The notes under the pieces are model-generated. The model saw only the letters and a program-made list of their open reading frames with translations. It was not told the origin of the DNA and did not search any database. Of a stretch of 64,000 nt of DNA, positions 25,400 through 39,375 are shown piece after piece (positions within the stretch are counted from its first letter, which is position 1; each line of letters begins with the position of its first letter). This DNA is from Octopus sinensis (Eukaryota): contig NC_042997.1 in assembly GCF_006345805.1 (NCBI RefSeq), forward strand, positions 151,900,001 through 151,964,000. Reading direction: 5' to 3'. The position numbers and the translations under genes were made by a program.

Positions 25400-26330
25400 C
25401 ATTTACTGCCACTTCCCTGTCACTACTACTCATCACACATCCTCATAATATGTGACACCCTACATAGTCCCCGCCTCTTGTTACTCCAAGCTATGTCTAC
25501 TCTACCAACCCCGAGAAGCAAATATGCTTCTCCTTGAACTAACAGATACGATACTGAACAGAAACACGTAATTTCAAATCACAAGAGGTTCGTTTGAAGT
25601 TTTGTATTATCAGTACTAGCAAACACTTTCGCCTAAAACGCTACTAAAGACTTAACAACCTTTACGTATCATAGCAGCTTTTTCTAAGTCATTACCCGAA
25701 ATATAAAAAATAATATCGTTCATCTTATTGCCTGCAAAATTCCCTCAGTTTCTATGCGATAGTGCATCATTCTAATCCATTGATTACCTCTACCATGTTT
25801 GCTAAATCATCTTTCCGTCTACTATAGCTCTATAAGCAGTATTCCTCCCGAGAACCCCTCTAAATATGCTACTCCTCCACTGGGTAAGACTTCAGCGAAA
25901 TTTTATTGTTCCCTTCAACAAGTCACCCAATCACGAACATATATACTTCATGCGTAAGAAATCCTGGATATATAAATAAAAGTACTACCCGTTCGGACGG
26001 TTCTATTCTTTTATCTACATACAACGCACCACTGAATCAAACTCTTACATCTCACCCCATACCCTTCCTTTTTTACTCATTCTCTTTTCCTCTCCCCTAC
26101 TCCAGGGATCTGTCTTGATATTTAGAAACATTTTAGTCTACGTTCTATAAACATAGAACAAGAAAGAATATAACTTCGACTCAACAACTATAGATGTCGA
26201 TAGCTATCGACCGATCTATCTCACTTCCAAGCTCTCAAAGTTGATGAAGACAGTTAACAGTTACTGTTTCCCATCCAGCTGTTTTTCATTGACCAGCCTG
26301 CATTTAATAGGGCCTCCAGAATTATCAACA
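25400..26330 (+). mobile_element. Highly decayed CR1/Jockey-group LINE, RT N-terminal region
   Basis: NKSTTRSDG (cf. KS.GPDG) near 25975 and DVDSYRPIYLTSKLSKLMKTVN (cf. NYRPISLTS.LSKVME) at about 26193-26258. Confidence 0.65.
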
Positions 26331-26797
26331 TTGTGTTTAAATCTTATACATGGTGTACGTGGGTGATATATTTGCCGCCAATAAGTATGTAACATTGATC
26401 ACCTTTTTCCTGTAGAGTTGCTTCCATTGTATAATTCGAATTTATCCTGGTTCTGGAGCGCCTTTGCAAAACAATGTATAGTTTGTGCACTATCTGCATA
26501 AGAGTAGCCGATTTGATTTCCTTGTGGGGGTGACACACACGAATACGTGACACTGAAAAACGGCAACAACCACGAAATACGCATCTGTCGCTCTCGTGGT
26601 CACTACTGAGCTCTGAAGGTATTCTGGGAGTTTGGGTGGGGTTTTTTTAAGACTACGTCTCTAAACGAATTTTTCCCCGATATAAACCGCAGCCACTGTC
26701 TTTTGAACAAAACACATGCGATAAATATGTTTTATTGACAAAGTTTTATACTGCAGAGCTACTTGCTGCATTTGAGTAATTTGTGTTTGGGGTATAT

Positions 26798-26838
<41 letters not shown>

Positions 26839-28800
26839 AGGTTTCCACATAATTTCCTTCCTTCAAATTCTACTCACTATACGTTTGCAAACATATTGAT
26901 GTGGAAAAATATATTAAGTAAAAAGAAAAATACTAATTTAAAGGCAAATCATTCTTATAGTTAGTTTGAAATGAAGAGTTATAATTAAACTAATTAATGA
27001 AATTTAATATACCCGTTTTACTAATGAAATTAAATATCCACGTATTACAGAGGAAGAAGATTATTGCGTAAATATTCCTCTGCATATCCAATTTTATATA
27101 TTCCCAGATAATTAAAAGTTTACATTCAGTGTATACTAACATGCTATATTTTTAAAATTTATCTTAAGGTGTCGAAAAACTTTTTCTTTAAAATGGCTCC
27201 TAAAAAGTATGTCATATCTTTTGTATTTGAAACAGTACATTTTTTGTTTTGTTTTCCTCTTTTTCCCAATACAACCCTTATGACAACTCCTATCGCTGTT
27301 TCTTCGAAATGAAAACATTTCGCATTTTATTGCGTTGTATTCATGCCAGTAAACCAAATGAAACAATACAATCTCTATACTAAAACGACAGTATGCTTAT
27401 CGAATATTTTATGACATGTCTGAATCTTAATTATGCTGAGGTAAAAACATTGTCAGAGAAAAGATATTTTGAGATGGCATTTAATTAATAATTAAGGATT
27501 CTGTTATTTCCAAGCATTGGGGGAATTGAATTGTTATAGCAACCTGTCAAAACTCGCTTAAATTGATGAAGTATATGCATTTTTTATTCCTAATTTGCAA
27601 CCAACTTATTACCACACATATTTGTATAGGTGTACATACATATCATCATATATGTGAGCATGTGAATGTCTGTGTGTATGTATGGAGGTTTTCGTGTGGA
27701 GCAACGAAATATGCGACACCGTTTCCATTCCCGTTGCTCTAGTTTCCTTCAGCTCACGCATGTTCCATAGTGAACTCAATTTGATAGTCTGGATAGCAAT
27801 GGACTGACCCAAGTTAACTTCCTCACTAAATAGATAGATAGGAATTCTTTTTTATTTCAATTTTTTTTTTCATAATATAACAGCCTAGCAATGTTCATGC
27901 CACAATATCAGGTTATATACGTGTGTCTGTTAGTATATTTTTACATAATTGACTATTCCGATCTATACAGACCTTGTTTCTTAATAAAGAAACGTAGATA
28001 CACCGCTTGTATTTGGATAATGACAAATATAAAGGTTTATGTACTGAACTACTGAAGTCTTGGATTTTTCACTGCTCGCATACAAATTGTTTGCTAGTAA
28101 ATTTCTTTACTTGAAAACCTTAGCTTTTTCTCCTTTGATATTTACCAGCATGGCAAAGCGCAATAATAATTCTACGTGTATGACTTCAAAATCTAAAAAG
28201 GAGAGCTCTAGGTTTCGAAGCAGTAGTCGGTAAATATTCACTTCTTACTGATTTTGAAAAGTTGTTCACATTTATAAGGTAACTGCATGCAGTTATACCA
28301 GATTTGTTATCTTTGCACTTAGCAGATATTTCGACAGGAGTATTACACCAACAAACTTTGTTGATATCGCATGCATGTATTAAACAAGAGAATATTTTTT
28401 CTAGTCACACAGAAACTTATGTGGCATCGAGCGTGCCCAGATATACAGCTAGCAAAATAACGTCAGCCGGTACCTACAAAAGAGAAAACATTCTTGATGA
28501 CATGCAAATTAGCATGCATTTAAAAGAACACAACGATACACGAGTGTTGTTGGATGGGATAAGGAAGAAGAAATATTTCATTTAAGGGAAAATGTAGAAA
28601 AGCTTCGGAGGCAAATATAATGCGTTGCTTCTTGTATCTCCCTTGATTGACACATAACGTAGTTTTCCCCATCTATCTCTTGCTCTGCAGTTTTCTATCC
28701 AGAAAGGATGCAACTACATCTCCTACTCCCCGAAATGGTACTTGCCACTAAACGCTGGAAACTACTTCTCAGATTGGCATACAACTAAGATGATTATATA

Positions 28801-29220
28801 CTCTTTCTCTTTTACTCTTTTACTTGTTTCAGTCATTTTTTACTGCGGCCATGCTGGAGCACCGCCTTTAGTCGAGCAAATCGACCCCGGGACTTATTCT
28901 TTTTAAGCCCAGTACTTATTCTATCGGTGTCCTTTGCCGAACCGCTAAGTGACGGGGACGTAAACACACCAGCATCGGTTGTCAAGCAATGCGAGGGGGA
29001 CAAACACAGACACACAAACACATACACACACACTTATATATATATATATACATATATACGACAGGCTTCTTTCAGTTTCCGTCTACCAAATCTACTCACA
29101 AGGCATTGGTCGGCCCGGGGCTATAGCAGAAGACACTTGCCCAAGATGCCACGCAGTGGGACTGAACCCGGGACCATATCGTTGGTAAGCAAGCTACTTA
29201 CCACACAGCCACTCCTGCGC
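28801..29220 (-). mobile_element. SINE family A, full-length well-preserved copy
   Basis: Minus strand GGCGCAGGAGTGGCTGTGTGGTAAG...GGTTCAGTCCCAC...AAACAAGTAAAAGAGTAAAAGAG. Confidence 0.92.
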
Positions 29221-29750
29221 CGATATATGTATATGTGTGTGCGCGTGTGTGCCTGTGCGTGAGAATGTGCGTTATGCTTGTACGTACGTACATAGATACA
29301 AATATACAACTTAGGCAACATATATCTACCTATGTATATATGTGTGTGTGTGAGTGTGTGTGTGTGTGTGAATGTATGTTGTATGTATGTATATATTTAT
29401 AGTTATAATCTTATCAAGGATAGCACATTTAAGATATCTAAAAAGTTCAATATACTTATTTGAAATTGCACCAATATTCTGACGTATCTAAATATTCCAA
29501 TACATGAGACAAAGAAATGAAATATTGCGTAAATTTAGAGATAAATGGGAAAGGAATATACTAGAACTGTGAAACCGAAACATGGGTGAATGTCTTTGGT
29601 TGGAGTATAAAAATAAAATATTTAGAGCGAGTCAACGTCGTGGATCGCATTCTTATCCTAACTATATAAAATATAACATTATGTGATATAGTTTGTAACT
29701 CCTACAGAATATAGTGAGTGAAATGTTCTTTCGTTTGTCCACACACACAA

Positions 29751-29793
<43 letters not shown>

Positions 29794-30449
29794 ACACACA
29801 CACACAACAAACAAATACATATGTAGGTATGAATGTGCTTATATATGTGTATACGCATACATAGACGTTCACACACACACACATATATATGTGTGTATAT
29901 ATATAACGAGAAAGGGAGAGAGAGAATGAGAGGAAAGGAAACGGTGTGTGTGTGTGTGTGTGTGTGCGTGTGTGTGTATGTGTGTGCCTGTGTATGCGTG
30001 CATGTGTGTATGTATGTATGTATGTGCTCAAATGCTATAAAAGATGTAGTTTGCATAAAAGTGTTCCACGCCGCTGACTTGCTCTAAACTGTTTGTATTC
30101 AGGCTTCAACCATAGAGATTCTCTTGTTATTTGATTTCACAGAAGCAGCTTATATACCTTTGAAATCACACATGAAATTGTTTCTCTGCCTCATGCATTG
30201 GTGCTTTTATTTCTCTTTAAGAAATATGCATATTCGTCATGATAACGGTGAGTCCAGTACAAGTACAAGGAAGTGTAATGAATTATTTAGATATCCTAGC
30301 TGGGTTATTGTAAATAGAATTTTAGCAATAGCATTTCGTCTTTGGAGATGAAATATTATTTTAATATCTATATACACCTTCACTTTCGGTAAGTTTAATC
30401 TCCGACCACCATCAAGTGCATTGGTATGATTTGTATAAACATATCATAG

Positions 30450-30628
30450 ATTTTCGGACAAGGTTATTGCATCGGCCCCAGTGTTTAACTAGTATATATT
30501 TTATGGATCCCGAAAGAATGAAAGGAAAAGTTGACCACAGTGTGATTTGAACTCAGAACGTAAAGATGGAGGAAATACCGCTAAGTATCTTGTCCGGCGT
30601 GCCAACGATTCTTCTAACCCGTCGCCTT
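30450..30628 (-). mobile_element. SINE family B, diverged
   Basis: Reverse complement of family B. Confidence 0.7.
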
Positions 30629-30769
30629 CATTGTGTACTTAATACGCCTGTGAGAATTCGAACTAACTTCACGTCAGCGAATACGATCAGTTTAATTGCA
30701 AATTACTTGAGGCTGTTAATAGTTATAAATGTTTCTCGAGAGATTAGAGTAAAAAACTATATGAATAAT

Positions 30770-31128
30770 AACAAGAGCACTCAGAGAGCGCAAACCTCCG
30801 CTAAGACAACACCAACGTCCTCTTAACGATTAGCCAGAGATGACTTTCAAAATGAGAATATCTGAAATAAACTCGACTGCTCTCACAAACGCTAAAAAAT
30901 AAACCCGACCGCTCCCAAAAATTAAGTAAAAAATGTCTGGAAAAATAATCCAGAATCCTTTTCCAGTACCGGACCGATCCCAAAATTTAATCAGTTCGTG
31001 CTAGTCATGAGGCCAAACATCCCTGAAAGTTTCATCTGAACACATCTAGCGGTTCTTGTGATATCTAGTCCGCGGACAAACAAACACGACTGAAAACGAT
31101 ACCCCCGCTTCCGTTAGGGCAGAGGTAA
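30770..31128 (+). mobile_element. Helentron-associated non-autonomous element (HINE/DINE-1/Pearl-like)
   Basis: 5' subterminal ACCTCCGC (30794-30801) is inverted to the 3' terminal hairpin TACCCCCGC...GCAGAGGTA; internal AAGTTTCATC...AGCGGTTCTTG.GATATC...GGACAAACAAAC; A-rich insertion site. Confidence 0.65.
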
Positions 31129-31228
31129 GAATCGTACAAAGTAGAAATAAGCTTGTCAGTAATTTGGCTGCAGCCACGCTGGGGCACCGCGGCTGTATTA
31201 GTCTAACGGTGAGGAGAATGGAAAAGTA

Positions 31229-31262
31229 TTTTACGTTTCGAGCCTATGCTCTTCGACAGAAA
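31229..31262 (-). ncRNA. Hammerhead-like motif, CUGU core variant
   Basis: TTT-CTGTCGA-A-GAGC-ATAG-GCTC-GAA-ACGT-A-AAA. Confidence 0.55.
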
Positions 31263-31409
31263 GGATTAAGAGGGGAAAAAGCGGGAAAGGAACGAAAAAA
31301 CAAAAAAGCAGAAAGAAATATATATGTAGGGAATAACGATTCAACATGATGACTGAAAAAAAAGTACAAGAATAAATAAATAAATAAATAAATAAATAAA
31401 TATATATAC

Positions 31410-31460
<51 letters not shown>

Positions 31461-31461
31461 T

Positions 31462-31770
31462 CTTTTACATGTTTGCCAGTCATTTGGCTGCGGCCATGCT
31501 GGAGCAGCACCTTAAAAGGTTTTAGTCGAAAAAATCGATTCATTGACTTATTTTTTAAAGTCCTTGTACTTATTCTATCGTTTTCTTTTGCCGAACCGCT
31601 AAGTTACAGGGACGTAAACATACCAACACGTCTTTCCAAGCAGTGAGGCGGCGTAAACACAAAGACACACACACGCACAAAGATATATGTGTATATATAT
31701 ATATATGTTTCTGTGTGTGTGTGCGTAAGAAGGCTTCTCTCAGTTTTCGTCTAGTAAATTTAACTTCAAG
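31462..31770 (-). mobile_element. SINE family A, 5'-truncated
   Basis: Collinear with 28801-29090. Confidence 0.85.
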
Positions 31771-31783
31771 CATCGTTCAACCA

Positions 31784-31814
<31 letters not shown>

Positions 31815-31815
31815 G

Positions 31816-32060
31816 TGGAATCGCGTAAGACCATAGTGGCTATGGTCTTACATTTAACATCGTAAGATTGTGTTTTCTTTTCCTGGACCGGGTGATCCAT
31901 ATGCTGTTGAGCAAAACAACTCATTTCACGTTGCTGCATTTCCCTTATCTAGCAAAAATGAGTAATCCTGCGACAGACTGGCGTCCTGTCCTAGGAAGGT
32001 ATATACACACAACAAAATCCCAGAACCCGTCTTATAATCCTATAGCTAGGGAAACACCAT
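31816..32060 (+). mobile_element. SINE family C with tail Y, diverged
   Basis: TTGAGCAAAACA..TCATTTCACGTTGCT and CCTGCGACAGACTGGCGTCC shared with 41540-41780. Confidence 0.7.
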
Positions 32061-32129
32061 AATATCGTGTGTTTTACTTCCTGGGATAAATCTAAGCTTG
32101 TCTCTAACAACAGCCGCGTCACAATGTTC

Positions 32130-32720
32130 AATATTTCATTCAGTTGTTTAAATGATGTTTATCCAGTTTGCAAAGACAGTAATGAAGTAAAATATTATCA
32201 AACAAGAATCGAATCACGGTCTCAAATTTGATAGCTGACGTCGGTAATAAAGCACCAGTTGCTCTTTTGAAAATTGTCTGTAGGCCTTGTGATGATAAGA
32301 TTCGTTAACATTGAGAATGGAGAATATGTGAACAAATTCATTAGAGTTTTGTCCAATTTTGTTAGTTTAATATTAGTGAGAATCGAAGATGCTTAAAAGA
32401 CAGTTTAGAGAAAATGTGATAGGTTATTAGTCGTCAGTGAAAGATTTCTCTTGAAAAAATACTGTAGTTAATTAGACAGCGTTACAAATTAGCAACTCAT
32501 CAAATCCACGCAATCTTATTAAGCATGCTTAACGGACATTATAATGACTTAATCAATTTGGAAATCAAGAATTCTATGGAATGTTATCTATGAAACTATC
32601 AATCGAAAAGTATTTTTATTCTCGCAATAATTAGTAATTTATCTTCAGTAGCAGACAATTTGCGAAACTGCTTAACATCCTAAAGTTAGAGAAATTGCGA
32701 AGCAGCTTACCATCCTATCG
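32130..32720 (+). mobile_element. Possible very decayed hAT (Buster/GTF2IRD2-like) transposase C-terminal relic
   Basis: IFSS..ICETA...KLRSSL with frameshifts near 32640-32710 resembles F.STY.CE..FS...K.RSRL. Confidence 0.35.
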
Positions 32721-33412
32721 AAATATGTGTGCATATGTGTGCGTATGTATTATATATAATATCAAGAAAGTCAGGAGATATACTCCTGACTTTCTTTATA
32801 TTCTATATATACCTCATGAAATAATTTTCCTTGATTGGATTTACTAGATTTCAACTGCTTAAGACTCAACATTATACTCCTATGTTTACCATGTGGTTTG
32901 TAGTCTGGTCCACTAAAGGAACATTTCTGTGATTTCCTCCGGTTTATATAAATCCATATATTATACATTAAATATATATACATATGAACAATATCAGTGT
33001 CACATACTCAAAGGATATATGTTGTTAAACGTTTTTTGGCCGCGATATTTCGTCCCGGGAAGTGTGTTAAGAACCACGGTACATTTCAAATTCAAGCGAA
33101 ATGAATCGCCCAGGGAGTGAGCGGGAACAACAGATATTGATATATTGCTGTTATTTCTACTCATCGGAGCCGTTATACTCGATTCACCTCGAAATGAAAT
33201 GCTGGTCGAATTTGTATCGCCGGCCTAAAGTGTATATAGAGAGCATAAAATCGATCTGATGATGAGCAACAGCGGTGCACAGATAAAACAAAATTCAAAT
33301 TTTGAGTTAGAAGTTGCGTATAATGTAGACATTTTCAATGTAACATTGTTAATGTATGAGTTGCTAAACGCATTTTTGACTGCGGTATTTCACCCATTGA
33401 AGATCCTCTTAA

Positions 33413-33490
<78 letters not shown>

Positions 33491-33492
<2 letters not shown>

Positions 33493-33738
33493 GCGCAGGC
33501 ATGACTGTGTGGTAAGAAGCTTGCTTCCCAAGCACATGGTTCCAGATTCACCTTGAGAAAGCGTCTTCTACTATAGTCTCAGGCCAACCAATGCATTGTG
33601 AGTGGATTTGATAGACGGAAACTGAAAGAAGCCCGTCGTATGTATATATATATGTGTGTGTGTGTGTGTGCGTTTGTGCGTGTATGTGCGTATCTGTTTG
33701 TGTGTCTGTGTTTGTACCCCGCCACCATCGCTTGACAG
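33491..33738 (+). mobile_element. SINE family A, 5' two-thirds
   Basis: AGGCGCAGGCATGACTGTGTGGTAAGAAGC head; ends at CATCGCTTGACA where the 33740-33872 repeat begins. Confidence 0.85.
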
Positions 33739-33892
33739 CTGAGCAATCTCCAGTATTAACAGCCGAAATTGCAAAGATAATCTGGAACTCGACTAAGAAT
33801 AGAAAATTTCCGAATGACCCGTCCTTGTTTTCTTTGTATCTTCTGTCTGGATGTTTTGCGTTCTTGTCCTATGTATATGTATAATATATATA

Positions 33893-33949
<57 letters not shown>

Positions 33950-34127
33950 TGTGTGTGTGTTGTGTGTGTGTGTGTATATGTATATATATATATGTGTGTG
34001 TGTATGTGTGTATATGTATATATATATATATATATGTGTGTGTGTTTGTGTGTGTGTGTGTGTGATGTATACATATACAAATACACACACACACACACAC
34101 AAACACATATATATATATATATACATA

Positions 34128-34493
34128 TCGCGGCACTCCGTCGATAACGACGACAAGGGTTCCTGTTGATCTGATCAACAGAACAGCCTGCTAGTAAAAT
34201 TAAGTGACTGAGCACTCCATAGACACGTGTACCCTTATCGTTGTTCTCGGGGAGATCCAGCGTGACACAGAGTGTAACACGGCCCGCCCTTTGAAATACA
34301 GAAGCAGGAAGAAAGAGTGAGAGAAAGTTGTGCTGAAAGAGTACAGCAGGGTTCGTTACCACCCCTTGCGGGGGCCCCGTGGAGTTTCTGGTGTTTTCGC
34401 TCAATAAACACTCAAAACGCCCGACCGGGGAATGGAAACCGCGATCCTACGACCGTGAGCGCGCTGCCCTAACCACTGGGCCTTTGCGCCTCC
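34128..34493 (-). mobile_element. tRNA-derived SINE with body 2 and tail X
   Basis: Head and body homologous to 41790-41980; tail homologous to 6655-6831. Confidence 0.85.
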
Positions 34494-34934
34494 ACACACA
34501 TACGCACACATATATATATGTTATTTTATATTATATTATAGTATATTATATTATATTAATATTCAATTGATGGTTAGCTTAAATACTACTCACAGCTATT
34601 GTCAAGTGCTCCATCATATAGCAAGATCGTTCAGAATATATTTGGTAAATAAATATTTCTATGTCTGCAACGCAACAGTACTGCCGATTGTCGTCGGTGG
34701 AGATAGTGACTCACCAGCTAGACAGATTCTCATTTATCGAGAATGTCACAGGGTCGGATATGTGACAGAGCAGAAATGTCTCTATTCCCGACTTGACAAA
34801 GAATTATTTCTATAGTGTTAAATCACTTACAAAAGTAATGTAACTCTTTCTTTTGATTAGCTACAAGTCCTCAGACGTGTGAGTTTTTCATATGAATCAT
34901 ACATATGGCTTTTGCAAAGCAATTATTTTCTATC

Positions 34935-35258
34935 TTTTCTTTTATCTTTGTCTCGTTTCAGTCATTAGACTGCGACCATACTGGAGCAACGCCTTGAGGA
35001 ATTTTTAGGCGAATGAATCGATCCCAGTACCTTTTTCTCAGCCGGGTACTTATTCTGTTGGTATTTTTTGCGGAATTGCAAAGTTACGGAAACGTAAACA
35101 CACGTCAAGCCATAGTGGGGGACAAACAGACACAGAGACACACATAGATATATGCATATACAACGGGCTTCTTTCAGTTTTCCCTCCAGCAAATCCTCTC
35201 AAAAGACTTTAGCTTGCTATAGGAAAAGCAACGTTCTTACCATACAGCCACCCGCGCC
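34935..35258 (-). mobile_element. SINE family A, diverged and internally deleted
   Basis: Collinear with other A copies. Confidence 0.8.
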
Positions 35259-35285
35259 GACACACAGCCACTCCTTCGTGATTTA

Positions 35286-36670
35286 TTCACAGCAGAGAGG
35301 GAAATGGAGCAAAAAGAGACACAAAGTGGAGAGACAACGGAAGACAACAAAAAAGAGAAGGAAAAAGAACATTAAGGAAAGAACAGCGAAAACAAGGAAA
35401 AGGAAATAACGGAGAAACAACAAGAGAAAGGAAGTAACAACACACTCTTTTACTCTTTACTCTCTTTTACTTGTTTCAGTCATTTGACTGCTGCCATGCT
35501 GGAGCACCGCCTTTAGTCGAGCAAATCGACCCCGGGACTTATTCTTTGTAAGCCCAGTACTTATTCTATCGGTCTCTTTTGCCTAACCGCTAAGTGACGG
35601 GGACGTAAACACATCAGCATCGGTCAAGCAATGCTAGGGGCACAAACACAGACACACAAACATATACACGCACACTTATATATATATACATATATACGAC
35701 AGGCTTCTTTCAGTTTCCGTCTACCAAATCCACTCACAAGGCATTGGTCGGCCCGGGCCTATAGCAGAAGACACTTGCCCAAGGTGCCACGCAGTGGGAC
35801 TGAATCCGGAACCATGAAGGAAAATGAAAACAAAGGGAAGAAAATAATAGAAAAGGAACAAAATTCACAGGGTAGAGAAGTAATAGAGAAAGAACCAAAA
35901 CAGAAGCAAGAGAAAGAAAAGGAAAGTACATTAAAGGAAAGAGAAAAAACAGGAAAAGAACAAGAGAAAGAACAGAACCAAGAGAAAGGAAAATATAGTA
36001 TACAAAAAGGAAAAGAAACAACAGGAAAGGAACATAAGGCACAGGGTAGAGAGACGACAGACAAAGAGCCAAAAAGACAAGAGAAGGAAAAAAAAGAAGA
36101 GAAAGCAAAAAGAGAGAAAGAGAGAAACCGAGGGAGGAGAAAAAAGAGGAAGTAAGTCCAAAGAGAAAAACTAGAGAAAATGCAGGTACGAATAGAAGAT
36201 TCAGATACTATGGAACATTGATCCATCACAGGCACTGTGAGGAGATGGAAGATTTAATAAGCGAAACAGATGGATATACATGGGTCAGGATGGGCACCGA
36301 ATGGAAAGAAGCGGGTGCACTCGTCCACCAGAACAACGCCGAGGCGTTCATCGAAGCAGCTGGCAAGAACGTGTCAAAACATATGAAATGCCGACTTACA
36401 AGGTGGCCACGAACGATGGAAAGTTACAAGATTTGGTAGAGATAATGGAGTATATATAAAAGAAAAGGTATTGTGAAAACTTTAATTTGGAAATGATAAA
36501 AAGAACTCTAAATTCTGAAAAAAAAAAAATGGTGAACTTTGTAAAATTTTTGAAATGTATGTTGAAAATGTGTAAAATGTTTTTATTTGGAAAACATTGT
36601 TAACGAATAAATGACGAAATGTAACCACTCGATTTCGGGGATCGAGTGGGCATTACACCACATTGTACAA
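35286..36670 (+). mobile_element. TSD-flanked retroposed insertion encoding a K/E-rich protein remnant
   Basis: Exact 16-bp direct repeat ACTCCTTCGTGATTTA at 35270-35285 and 36671-36686; AATAAA 36606-36611; terminal hairpin 36625-36649. Confidence 0.8.
35444..35816 (-). mobile_element. SINE family A, 5'-truncated, nested in the K/E element
   Basis: Nearly identical to 28801-29177. Confidence 0.92.
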
Positions 36671-37371
36671 ACTCCTTCGTGATTTAAGTGAATTAAAAGA
36701 GTATCAGTCTTAAACCAAAATTGTTTTGTGGAAACCATATATTAGCCAACTAGGCTACTGTTCCATGCCAGACTCTTATATGCTACAGCATCACACAATA
36801 ACCTTGTCTTCCACAGACGTACCAGCCTTATAATTTTAACGAAACCAGTATTTTACAGGGTAAACTTTATACTCTCACACAGAAATCTATCTTATCATAA
36901 ATATATTGAAAGATATATGTAACCAGGTGTATATTGATTAATGAGGTATCAAAATATAAAATTTCTATATGAGTTTAAAATGTACGATTAATACTACAGC
37001 TGCTTTCTGATTCATTTCCAGAAAATATCTTTTTGTCGCACAATTTTTTAGGTTTTTATTTTTGTAATTATTTTTATTATATGTCATTTTTGACACTTTA
37101 TTCCCAGATAAAGTAGAAATGAAATTATGTAAGTTTTACTTTTGTAAGAGCATTCCAGCACAATTTAAGAAAAAAAAGGAAAAGAAATGTTCTATAAGAT
37201 TCATTAAATCTAACAAGAAGGAATAAGTTTTTCTACCTTGAGCAAAAGAGAACTCATAAAACTTTCCGGTAACTGAAAATGTTATGTATGTTTGTTTGTT
37301 TTTTCTCTCTTCTCCTCCAAATTTCACGAAATGTTCGCAGGCAGACATTTCACTAAATTAAACTGATTTTC

Positions 37372-37412
<41 letters not shown>

Positions 37413-37585
37413 AACGACGACGACGACGGTGGTGGTGGTGGTGGTGGTGGTGGTCATGATGATGGTGATGGTAATGATGATGATGTGACAATGATGACGA
37501 TATGACGATGGTGATGATGACGACGATAATGATGATGATTATGAGGATGATGATGTTGGTGGTGATGTGGTGCAGATGATGATGG

Positions 37586-37616
<31 letters not shown>

Positions 37617-37655
37617 AGTGGTGGTGTTGGTGATGCGGTGGAGATGATGATGTGG

Positions 37656-37688
<33 letters not shown>

Positions 37689-37733
37689 GGAGGAGGAGGA
37701 GGGGGAGGAGGAAGAGGAGGAGGAGGAGGATGG

Positions 37734-37783
<50 letters not shown>

Positions 37784-37795
37784 GATAACGATTAC
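37372..37795. repeat. Compound (GAT)/(GGT)/(GGA) microsatellite
   Basis: Directly visible. Confidence 0.95.
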
Positions 37796-38317
37796 GACTA
37801 GTTACCTCGAACTCCGGTATTTCAGTGCAATGTTTAGTTCAGTCTTAGAAAACATTCAAGTGATTTTGGTAAGAATAATTCTGAGCTACTATTGATAGCA
37901 TTAAATCAATGTTCCATGCTAACTGTTGTAAAATTGTTGTACAGAATCAGAATCAGAATCAGTTGCAATTGAAATGCTCCTAATTTAAGCCAATATTTAT
38001 GAAAGAAAAATTATTCCATAGGAACAATTACTTCAGGCTATTCATGATGTATTTACATTGATAATTCTTAAGAAAAATAGAATAAAATATATGAAGCCAT
38101 GTCTAGATCATTCACTGGCCACAGACAGTGCTTTGGTGGAAGCTTAGATCTTCAGATTGAAAATATAGGCTAAACCAACATTTATATTTTATTTTATTTT
38201 ATTCATATATAATTACTTTTCCTTCATTTTGTTTTAAGCATTATAACTTGTTGTTCTCGTGTTGTCTTTTCTTCTGTTCTTTTTGCTTTTGTTCATTCCA
38301 TGTACAACATGTGTGTT

Positions 38318-38368
<51 letters not shown>

Positions 38369-38967
38369 GTGTGTGTGTGTGTGAGTATAGAAAGAGAGAG
38401 TGATAGTGGGAGAGAGATCTAAATCTTGTTGTATTAGTGATGAGTGTAATTCTAAAGCTAAATCCTTGAAAATGCTAATTAAATCTTTTATATATTTATC
38501 TAATATATGGCAGTTTGTGTGGTGCGGGATGGTGAGACTATTTAATCGACAATGCTACATAAAATGATTTCAATTTTGTTTTTACGAGCACATGGTATTA
38601 CTTCTCTGAAGCAGTTGTAAATATCACTAAATTGACGTGGAGGAGGAAACATGAAGATGACGTTTATCATGTATATGACGTTGATTTTTGTATTGGTAGC
38701 CATATGTCAGTAAATTAAGTGCATACGTATGTCTGTGTTTCTCCTTTTGTATATATGTTTCTCATTTTATAATTCTAGTATTTTTCCCCTCGTATTCTCC
38801 TTTTTCATGCGTCCTTTCAGACTTAGTTTATTTCCTTCTGGCAGCATTTTACATCTCAACGTTTACCAGTCTAACTATTCATCTAATTGTCTGTATGTAT
38901 TTTCTTTCCCCGTCCCGAGTTATATATATATATATATATAATATATATATATACATATATGTAGGTA

Positions 38968-39016
<49 letters not shown>

Positions 39017-39280
39017 TATATATATATACAATATGTAGGTATGTGCTTGTATATATATATATATATATATATATATACGCACACATAAATATAACGATTA
39101 ATCTTTGCATTATTTTTATCCCCGTGTTTATCACTACGTATATTTGGTGTACTCATCTGTATGTACATTCGCACACACACACACACACACATGTATGTGT
39201 ATACGTATGTATATGCTTATATGTATATATATGTGTGTGTGTGTATATACGTATATATATATATACAGACAGACAGAAAA

Positions 39281-39375
<95 letters not shown>

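Noticed and set aside
33144-33276. Weak inverted repeat in a CpG-richer patch
   Set aside because: Arms too degenerate to distinguish from chance; no TSD
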